From an uncultured bacterium (GTDB taxonomy: Bacteria; Eisenbacteria; RBG-16-71-46; CAIMUX01; WJJG01): a stretch of DNA of 64,000 nucleotides. A program made the translations under genes and the position numbers. Position 1 is the stretch's first letter. Each line of letters opens with the position of its first letter. The notes beneath the pieces are model-generated. The model made no database searches. It was not told where the DNA came from and worked only from the letters and a program-made list of their open reading frames with translations. Positions 57,314 through 64,000 of the stretch are shown in pieces. The stretch covers positions 83,126 through 147,125 of the forward strand of contig CAYZWI010000003.1 in the NCBI GenBank assembly GCA_964482205.1, read 5' to 3'.

Positions 57314-57985
57314 ATGAGAAAACTGCTGCTGCTGATTGTGATCGCCCTGCTGGCGGCCTCCCCCGCATTCGCGGACACCGCGTCCAGGGACGGCACGCCT
57401 GTCGTGGTGAATCCGGGAACGCCGAATGTGGCGAGCCCGACCCGCGCGTTCTTCGAGTACAACACCGGTGGAGCCATCGATTACCCTCCGAGCACGGGCG
57501 GTTCCGCGACGGGTTGGTCCGAGTGGGCAATCGCCTTCGTTGCGAATTCCACCTACAACGACCTGGGCCTCACGGAGATCTCCTGGCCGTGCAGCGGTCC
57601 TGCCAGCGGTCCGTATGGATGGATCGTTTGGACCGGCACAGGGGAAACCCTTCCGGGTCCCGCTGAGACGGCGGAGTACTTCGGACCTTACACGCCTGAC
57701 GATCCCGACCCCTCGACCTTCCCGCCTGATGACTACACCTATGTAGACATCTCCGCATCGAACATTCTCTTCCCGGCCGGTGACACGATCTGCTTCGGCA
57801 TGGACAACACCGGCATGATGGGCATGACCAGCTACAATGGCGTGGAGACCTACGGTTGGTATGGCGGGGTTTGGGATAGCGACAGCGCGTATGGCCGCAC
57901 CACGATCCTTCAGATCAAGGCTGATCTCCTGCTGGTGCCTGCGGATGTCAACAGCTGGGGCCAGGTGAAGGAGCTCTTCCAGTAG
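57314..57985 (+). CDS. Small secreted Thr/Gly/Pro-rich protein, paralog B
   Basis: RBS GGAGGAAAGAGAC-ATG. Signal peptide MRKLLLLIVIALLAASPAFA. It is a paralog of 52528-53202 with the same conserved leader and terminator. Confidence 0.7.
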   Translation: MRKLLLLIVIALLAASPAFADTASRDGTPVVVNPGTPNVASPTRAFFEYNTGGAIDYPPSTGGSATGWSEWAIAFVANSTYNDLGLTEISWPCSGPASGPYGWIVWTGTGETLPGPAETAEYFGPYTPDDPDPSTFPPDDYTYVDISASNILFPAGDTICFGMDNTGMMGMTSYNGVETYGWYGGVWDSDSAYGRTTILQIKADLLLVPADVNSWGQVKELFQ

Positions 57986-58010
57986 TCGATTCTTGCAGGG
58001 TCCAACATTC

Positions 58011-58035
58011 GGGATGCCCGGCTTGCGGGCATCCC
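58011..58035. terminator. Hairpin terminator (identical stem to 53228-53252), placed between convergent genes
   Basis: GGGATGCCCG-gcttg-CGGGCATCCC. It lies downstream of paralog B (+) and of the DUF853 gene (-). Confidence 0.5.
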
Positions 58036-58050
58036 GAGCGCCTGCTCCTA

Positions 58051-59589
58051 TCACCGGCGCGTTCCTCCGAGGATTCCTCCCAGCATGCCGCGCAGAATCT
58101 GGCGCCCGATCTGGCTGCCGACCGTGCGCGCCGCCTGCTTGGCCATCGTCTCCACCATGCCCTGGCGGCGCTTCGTTCCCCACAACATGTCGCCCACCGG
58201 TCCGCGGCTCTCGGACTTGCGCTCGGCCGGCTCGCTCTCGCGAGGCGCGCGCCGACGCGAGGAACCGCCGCGCGACCGTCCTTCGCCTTCACCTTGCGGC
58301 GCATTCCCGCCCGCCTGTTCGGCTCTCGCGCTCAGGATCTCGTAGGCCGACTCGCGATTCACGGGCGCGTCGTACTTGCTCCCCACCGGGCTTCGTGAGC
58401 GCACCGCCGCGCGTTCTTCGGGCGTGATGGCGCCCATGCGGCAGCGCGGCGGGCAAATCAGCGTGCGCTCGACCGGCATGGGAATGCCCTTCTCCTGAAG
58501 CAACGAAACGAGCGCCTCTCCCACCTGAAGCTGCGAGATCGTCTGGGCCACATCGACGCCAGGGTTGGGGACGAAGGTCTCGGCCGCGGTGCGCACGGCC
58601 TTCTGGTCGCGCGGCGTGTACGCGCGCAGCGCATGTTGGATGCGATTGCCGAGCTGTCCGAGGATTTCGTCGGGCACATCGTCGGGGAATTGCGAGCAGA
58701 AGTACACGCCGACGCCTTTCGAACGAATGATCCGCACCACCTGCTCGACTTTCTGGCGCAGCGCGGGCGGCGCATCGTCGAAGAGCAGGTGCGCTTCATC
58801 GAACAGGAAGACGAGCTTGGGCTTTTCCAGATCGCCCACTTCGGGCAGGTTCTCGAAGAACTCCGAGAGCAGCCAGAGGAGCAGGCTCGAATACATGCGC
58901 GGCTTCAGGATCAAACGATCAGCCGCGAGAATGCTGATCACCCCCCGGCCGTTCAAATCCGTGCGCATGAGATCGCCGAGCTCGAGGGCCGGCTCGCCGA
59001 AGAGCTCGGTCCCGCCCTCACGCTCGAGGGTGAGCAGCCCGCGCTGAATGGCGGCGATCGAGGGCGCGCTCACGAGGCCGTACTCGCTCGAGATCTCCTT
59101 GCGATGGTCCGCAACATAGGTGAGCAGCGCGCGCAAGTCGTCGAGGTCGAGAAGCAGCAGCCCTTGCTCGTCGGCCAGCTTGAAGGCGACCTCCAGGGTT
59201 CCCGCCTGCACATCGTTCAACTCGAGAATACGCGCGAGCAGGCTGGGGCCGATCTCGCTCACCGTCGTGCGCACCGGATGGCCCGCGTCTCCGAACACAT
59301 CCCAGAAGAGCACGGGGCTGCCCTCGGGCGCGTAGTCCGTGATCCCGATTTGCGCCGCGCGGGCCTGGATCTTTTCATTGGGGATCGCAGGCATCGCGAG
59401 CCCGGCCATGTCGCCTTTCACATCGGCGAGAAACACGGGAACGCCCAAACGCGAAAACCCTTCGGCGAGCACCATCAGCGAGACGCTCTTCCCGGTGCCC
59501 GTCGCTCCGGCGACGAGACCGTGACGATTTCCATACGGAGCGAGCAGGCGAATCTGCTGCTCTCCTTTTCCGACCAGAATCGTGTTCAC
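58051..59589 (-). CDS. DUF853-family P-loop NTPase (HerA/YjgR-like)
   Basis: A GTG start is preceded by the RBS GGAGGAAGAGG. The N-terminus reads MNTILVGKGEQQIRLLAPYGNRHGLVAGATGTGKS, which is the Walker A motif. The Walker B motif is LVFLFDEAH. The listed 752-aa ORF has an Arg-rich antisense extension. Confidence 0.7.
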   Translation of the reverse strand: MNTILVGKGEQQIRLLAPYGNRHGLVAGATGTGKSVSLMVLAEGFSRLGVPVFLADVKGDMAGLAMPAIPNEKIQARAAQIGITDYAPEGSPVLFWDVFGDAGHPVRTTVSEIGPSLLARILELNDVQAGTLEVAFKLADEQGLLLLDLDDLRALLTYVADHRKEISSEYGLVSAPSIAAIQRGLLTLEREGGTELFGEPALELGDLMRTDLNGRGVISILAADRLILKPRMYSSLLLWLLSEFFENLPEVGDLEKPKLVFLFDEAHLLFDDAPPALRQKVEQVVRIIRSKGVGVYFCSQFPDDVPDEILGQLGNRIQHALRAYTPRDQKAVRTAAETFVPNPGVDVAQTISQLQVGEALVSLLQEKGIPMPVERTLICPPRCRMGAITPEERAAVRSRSPVGSKYDAPVNRESAYEILSARAEQAGGNAPQGEGEGRSRGGSSRRRAPRESEPAERKSESRGPVGDMLWGTKRRQGMVETMAKQAARTVGSQIGRQILRGMLGGILGGTRR

Positions 59590-60152
59590 CCTCTTCCTCC
59601 CAGCAGACGAAGACCTCGTCGCAAGGCGAAAGCGCCGAGCAGGACGAGCGCCAGCAACGCCACCAGCGGAATCACGATCGCGAGAATCGAAACGACGATC
59701 GCCGATCCCGACTCCGCGGACGCGAAGGCGGGGTTCCCCGCGCCGCCCGTCATCATCGTCGATCCGAGACGCGTCATGCCGGTGAGACCCTGGAACAGGC
59801 CGGCGACTCCCCCTCCCGCGAGCACGGCGAGCGCCCAGCGGACGAAGGGACTCACCTGATCCATCGAAGCGGCCATGACGATCACGCCGGCCGCAACGGC
59901 GAGCGGCGCGCCGGCCACATCGAGCAGGTGATCGAGCCAGGGCACATGATAGGAAACGATCTCGACCACGGTGGCCGCGGCAAGCGCGATCAATGCGCCC
60001 CACGATCCGAGCCAGGCGAATCCCGGCGAAAGCGCGAAGTGGCCGAAGTGCGCGGCGGCGCTCAAGGCCAGCAAGGGGACGAAGATGCGCAACCCGCAGG
60101 CCGCGGCGAGCGCGATGCCGACGAGGAGGCTGAGAAGGATCTCCGGAATCAT
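59586..60152 (-). CDS. DUF4126-family small polytopic membrane protein
   Basis: 188 aa with 5-6 TM helices. Family-like pattern GLRIFVPLLALSAAAHFGHFAL...VPWLDHLLDVAGAP. Its stop overlaps the DUF853 start by 2 nt. Confidence 0.55.
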   Translation of the reverse strand: MIPEILLSLLVGIALAAACGLRIFVPLLALSAAAHFGHFALSPGFAWLGSWGALIALAAATVVEIVSYHVPWLDHLLDVAGAPLAVAAGVIVMAASMDQVSPFVRWALAVLAGGGVAGLFQGLTGMTRLGSTMMTGGAGNPAFASAESGSAIVVSILAIVIPLVALLALVLLGAFALRRGLRLLGGRG

Positions 60153-60385
60153 CGCAGAACCTTTCTAAGACGAACCGACCTTGTGCGACCGGATGGAAGC
60201 GCCCTGCTCCCCTGCCGCCGGAAACGGGAAGCGCCCTCGGCCGACTGCCGATCGTCACATCTTCAGCGGGATTGTAGGGCAATGCCGCCCGGCAGGCCAT
60301 AGCCAGCACCTGGGGGTTTCAAAAAGCCTTCAGACCGGGTATGGTCGGGCTTCGTTAGGGCATATCACAGGAAAGGAGCAAGACG

Positions 60386-60976
60386 ATGTCAGCAGTCATG
60401 CAGATTCTTCAGCAGCAATTGAGCGGCGAGGCGATGAACCAGATCAGCCGCCGGCTCAATGCGGATCCGGCCACCACCCAAAACGCCATCGCCGCCGCCC
60501 TGCCGCTTCTGGTCGGCGCCCTCGCCCGGAATTCCTCGAATCCATCGGGCGCCGAATCCCTTCATGGAGCGTTGGAGAGAGATCACGACGGCAGCATTCT
60601 CGATGGGCTTGGCTCGATGCTCGGGAATCTCGATCTCGGGCAAGGGGCCGCGATTCTCGGACATGTCCTCGGCGCGGGCCAGGACCGCGTCCAACGCGGA
60701 CTCGGGCAGACGACCGGTCTGAACGCAGGGCAGATCGGGACGCTGCTCACGATGCTCGCCCCGATCGTGCTCGGCGCCCTCGGCAAGATGCAACGCCAGC
60801 AGAATCTCGACTCCAGCGGTCTGGGCTCGATGCTGAACCGGGAGCGGCAATCGATCGAGCAACGTGCGCCGAGAGAGATGGGACTCCTGGAGAGCCTTCT
60901 CGACGCGGATGGCGATGGCGATGTGGATTTGAGCGACCTGGCCCGCAAGGGACTCGGGAAACTCTTCGGCCAGTAG
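60386..60976 (+). CDS. DUF937-family protein
   Basis: MSAVMQILQQQLSGEAMNQISRRLNADPATTQNAIAAALPLLVGALARN matches the DUF937 N-terminus. The protein has repetitive G/L-rich segments. Confidence 0.6.
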   Translation: MSAVMQILQQQLSGEAMNQISRRLNADPATTQNAIAAALPLLVGALARNSSNPSGAESLHGALERDHDGSILDGLGSMLGNLDLGQGAAILGHVLGAGQDRVQRGLGQTTGLNAGQIGTLLTMLAPIVLGALGKMQRQQNLDSSGLGSMLNRERQSIEQRAPREMGLLESLLDADGDGDVDLSDLARKGLGKLFGQ

Positions 60977-61150
60977 CTCTCCGAAGCGCACCGACCAAGC
61001 GCGTGGTGATCGCAGGCGCTGCGTTCTCGCCGTGCGCCAAAAGCGTGGCATTTCACCGACGGCGTGATGCTATCGACGGCCCGATACCGTCCGGCGCGCC
61101 GTCGGTTTTTGCATATTCTCAATCTTCACGAAAGCTGGAGAGGTTCGATC

Positions 61151-62044
61151 ATGCGGTCCATCGTGATGGGTTGCTCGAAGATCATGTTCGTGAGCCTGCT
61201 CCTCTCGTGGGCGGCCGGGACAGCCGCTCCCGCATGGGCGGACGGCGACAGCCGCGCCGCGACCGCGGCCGAACGCGACTTCTCCCTGCGCATGCTGACC
61301 GCCATGGCGCGCGCAGTGGCCCATCCCCTTCCCGGATTCGAGCGCGCCGACACGACCGAGCTGCGGGGATTCGAATCGCTCTCTCCGGGTTGCGAGCAGT
61401 CGCCGCTCGGCGTCGATTACGAAGTCGATTGGGTGAATCCTCAGCTCGAAGAACAGGAACAGCTGCAGGAAGCGGCGGCGGTCGAGCGCGCCGCCGCCCG
61501 CCTGCAATCCGGCGACACGCAGATTCGCATGACGCAATTGATGGACAAGCAGCAGAAGCTGGCCGAAGAGCTCGCCGCAGCCATGCAGGCGCAGAACATG
61601 GCGCGAGTCGAGGAAATCCAGGCGCAAATGGAGGCGCTCGGTAAGGAGATGGAGAAGGCCGCAGATGAGCAGAACGCCGTCCTCGACGGCGAGATGAGCA
61701 CGCTCGCTCACAAGAGCCGCGTCGTCATCGACATGTCGGTCAACAGTCTCTACGCCTCCCTCCCCGCCAACCGCGTCGTCGACTGGAAGCCTCCGTTCGG
61801 ACAGATGGGATATATCGAGCACGATCCGGAAGGCGTGTACGAAGACCGCCTCGTCGTTCTCATCGGCCCTTGGACGAGGAGCACCGAGAACGAGCAGACG
61901 ATGTATCAAGCGCGACCCAACTCCGCGCTGCCGCACACCACTGCCCAGACGGTATTCCTCGCCATTCGAGGCGATCGCGAGCTCGCCATGCGCGCTTTGA
62001 GCGCGATCGATTCCAAAGCCCTCCTCGCGTTGATCGCCTCGTAG
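61151..62044 (+). CDS. Secreted hypothetical protein with coiled-coil segment
   Basis: Signal peptide MRSIVMGCSKIMFVSLLLSWAAGTAAPAWA. A Gln/Glu/Ala-rich coiled-coil lies in the middle. I found no recognisable catalytic motif. Confidence 0.45.
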   Translation: MRSIVMGCSKIMFVSLLLSWAAGTAAPAWADGDSRAATAAERDFSLRMLTAMARAVAHPLPGFERADTTELRGFESLSPGCEQSPLGVDYEVDWVNPQLEEQEQLQEAAAVERAAARLQSGDTQIRMTQLMDKQQKLAEELAAAMQAQNMARVEEIQAQMEALGKEMEKAADEQNAVLDGEMSTLAHKSRVVIDMSVNSLYASLPANRVVDWKPPFGQMGYIEHDPEGVYEDRLVVLIGPWTRSTENEQTMYQARPNSALPHTTAQTVFLAIRGDRELAMRALSAIDSKALLALIAS

Positions 62045-62282
62045 AGATCCGCACTTCCGATCACCTCCTCGGGATGGTATCATTCCTCCCGTGACAGCCC
62101 GGTCGTTCGCGTTTCTCTCCTTCATGCAACGGCGAGCGGCTGCATGCGATGTCGCATCCCGGAGTCGCGCATGTGCTTTCCTACCCATCGTTCACGTATG
62201 CGGGACATCGACCTCTCCGGACCTCTCGCCATTCGTCCCATGCCTGCCTTAGCCCTTGGGCGTCTCTCTTCGGAGGTGAACC

Positions 62283-64000
62283 ATGTCTCGAGTCCTGAAC
62301 ATCGTTTGCGATCGACGCGCTCTGATTGCATGCGCGAGCATACTCGCTGCAAGCGCCCTTCTCGTTTCGGGAAGCATTCTGTCTGATCCTGATTCGCTTC
62401 CTCGCGCCGTCGCAAAGAACCCCGACGATGCATGGAACATGGACAGCCGCGCGAATGGCGGCCTCGCACGGGAGCCGCATCAAGGGGATTGGTGGAAGCA
62501 GGTCTCGGTCGTCGTCGAGGAGATGGAGTACCGGCCGTCGCGCGCGGACTTCGGCCTGCAGGCTCCCAACCGGGCGAACGGATTTCGCGCGCAGTTTCAT
62601 GCGGACGGCGTGGAGCTCGTCCCCAGAACGGCGGCGCAGACCGAATGGAAGTGGAGTTGGACCACTCGTTCCTTCGGTCGCGAGACAGGCACGGTCGCGC
62701 TCGCGCCATCGGATCCCATCCAGACGATGAGCCGCGTCGAATACCGGCGCGCGGGATTCGACGAGTGGTACGAGAACGGACCATCGGGACTCGAGCAAGG
62801 CTTCACGATCGCGCAAACGCCGGCCGGCGAGGGGCGCATCTGCATCGAGGCGACGATCGGCGGCAGTCTGCGCGCGATGGCGACGCGCGCGGCAAGTGCG
62901 CCGGCGGCAGCGGGCCCTGCAGCGGACGATCGGGCAGCAGGCGCCCAAACCTCAGGCGTCACCTTCCGCGGCCCCGACAGTCGGGCGACGCTGCACTACG
63001 GCGGACTTCTGGCCATGGATGCCAGCGGACGCGAACTGCCGGGAGAGATCGCCTTCGATCAGGATCGCCTTCGCATTCTCGTCGATGACAGAGGCGCGGA
63101 GTATCCCGTCATCATTGATCCTCTGATTGCGGCTCCCGCGTGGGACTTTCTTGGCGATCAGGTGCGCGTGGTGGCGGGCCGGGCCTTGTCGACCGCCGGC
63201 GACGTGAACGGAGATGGCTTCAGCGACGTTCTCCTCGGGTTGGGCAGCTACGACAACGGACCGAACTTGAATCAAGGCCGCGTGCTCCTCTTCTACGGAG
63301 GCCCGACTGGCCCTTCGACAACCCCCGAATGGATGGCAGAGGGAGAAAGCCCGTCCAGCTACTTCGGCTTTTCCGTGTCGACCGCCGGCGACGTGAACGG
63401 AGACGGGTACGACGATGTGATTGTGGGAGCCCCCATGCAACTCCACGAAGACGGATCGCAGGGAAGCGTGTTCCTTTATTGCGGCTCGCCGTCGGGCCCC
63501 ACCGGTCCGCACTGGAGCGCGCGCACCTTCGCTCCCGATACCACGCACACCTTCGCCGGCCACTTGTCCTACGCGGGCGATGTGAACGGAGACGGTTTCG
63601 ACGATGTGGCCGTCTCCGACTTTGGGCACGACGGCGCAATACCGAAAGCCGGCGCGGTCTGGGTCTATCATGGATGCTCCGACGGCCTGGAAGATACCCC
63701 GGCCTGGTTCAAGGAAGGCACCGAGGAGGAATCCTACTACGGCGGCGGTGTGAGTTCCGCCGGCGATGTGAACGCGGATGGATATGACGACCTGGTGATC
63801 GGCGCTTCCCGTTTCAGCGACGATGTCGGCCGCGCCTATCTCTACTGCGGCTCCGCGGGCGGGCTCTCACCCGCTCCGTGCTGGACCAAGGATGGATTCG
63901 CGGCCAGCTGGCGCTTCGGCACGGCCGTTTCCCTCGCGGGCGATGTGAACGGCGATGGCTATGGAGATGTGCTCGTCGGTTCGCTCGGTTGCGCGCACCT
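62283..64000 (+). CDS. Secreted FG-GAP-repeat (integrin-alpha-like beta-propeller) protein, 3' partial at window edge
   Basis: This frame-0 ORF is not in the supplied track because it has no stop before the window end. RBS GGAGGTGAACC-ATG. Signal peptide MSRVLNIVCDRRALIACASILAASALLVSG. From 63160 onward there are at least five FG-GAP repeats with GDVNGDG[FY][DS]D calcium-binding loops. Confidence 0.65.
   Translation, partial: MSRVLNIVCDRRALIACASILAASALLVSGSILSDPDSLPRAVAKNPDDAWNMDSRANGGLAREPHQGDWWKQVSVVVEEMEYRPSRADFGLQAPNRANGFRAQFHADGVELVPRTAAQTEWKWSWTTRSFGRETGTVALAPSDPIQTMSRVEYRRAGFDEWYENGPSGLEQGFTIAQTPAGEGRICIEATIGGSLRAMATRAASAPAAAGPAADDRAAGAQTSGVTFRGPDSRATLHYGGLLAMDASGRELPGEIAFDQDRLRILVDDRGAEYPVIIDPLIAAPAWDFLGDQVRVVAGRALSTAGDVNGDGFSDVLLGLGSYDNGPNLNQGRVLLFYGGPTGPSTTPEWMAEGESPSSYFGFSVSTAGDVNGDGYDDVIVGAPMQLHEDGSQGSVFLYCGSPSGPTGPHWSARTFAPDTTHTFAGHLSYAGDVNGDGFDDVAVSDFGHDGAIPKAGAVWVYHGCSDGLEDTPAWFKEGTEEESYYGGGVSSAGDVNADGYDDLVIGASRFSDDVGRAYLYCGSAGGLSPAPCWTKDGFAASWRFGTAVSLAGDVNGDGYGDVLVGSLGCAH

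Noticed and set aside
1-64000. CRISPR arrays, rRNA/tRNA genes, transposases or integrases
   Set aside because: I found no short direct repeats with regular unique spacers and no clover-leaf-like or rRNA-like conserved stretches. No ORF has DDE/tyrosine-recombinase motifs. The only repeats are the REP-like element pair, the 43-bp triple array and the duplicated secreted-protein cassette.

Overview
This is a high-GC (about 68%) bacterial chromosomal window with densely packed genes. The wide array of Ser/Thr kinases, the T9SS/FlgD-Ig-like C-terminal sorting domain and the DUF2723/GT-C membrane proteins suggest an uncultivated Gram-negative lineage, possibly Gemmatimonadota/FCB-like or myxobacteria-like, but this is a low-confidence guess. 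I found no rRNA, tRNA or CRISPR arrays and no mobile elements. About 45 protein-coding genes are supported. Many six-frame ORFs are antisense artefacts of high-GC DNA with Arg/Ala/Pro-rich translations, and several real genes start well inside the listed ORF, which extends to an upstream in-frame alternative start. In gene order: a heterodimeric ABC exporter pair; a sulfatase-like enzyme; a beta-carbonic anhydrase; DinB; an MltB-like lytic transglycosylase; an SDR; a secreted beta-propeller/transglutaminase protein; and an ECF sigma/anti-sigma/poly-acidic protein operon. Next come a GT-C-like membrane protein plus a WbqC-like/BKACE pair, then an eight-gene minus-strand operon (18664-30925) with three receptor Ser/Thr kinases, PP2C, vWA-FHA and zinc-ribbon FHA proteins, an Slt lytic transglycosylase and a catalytically dead NlpC/P60, with a divergent SPFH-FHA fusion gene. 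After a HAD/TPP-enzyme/ALDH trio (the ALDH has a histone-H1-like tail) lies a corrinoid methyltransferase cluster (MttB-family methyltransferase, corrinoid protein, MetH-like reactivation domain, MetH-like Hcy-binding domain; 39223-43141). I read this as a split, non-folate methionine synthase, and it is the best candidate in this window for an undescribed system. After that comes a run of secreted peptidases (M48, S41, an S8 subtilase with a T9SS-like C-terminal domain, an M2/ACE-like peptidase). The final block is a DUF2723 (TMEM260-like) membrane protein and a PpiC-type chaperone, bracketed by two paralogous small secreted proteins that each carry a conserved leader and a perfect hairpin terminator. 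Non-coding findings are a 48-bp REP-like palindromic element in two copies, a 3x43-bp tandem array with a perfect TGCTATAGCA palindrome, and an ECF-type promoter.
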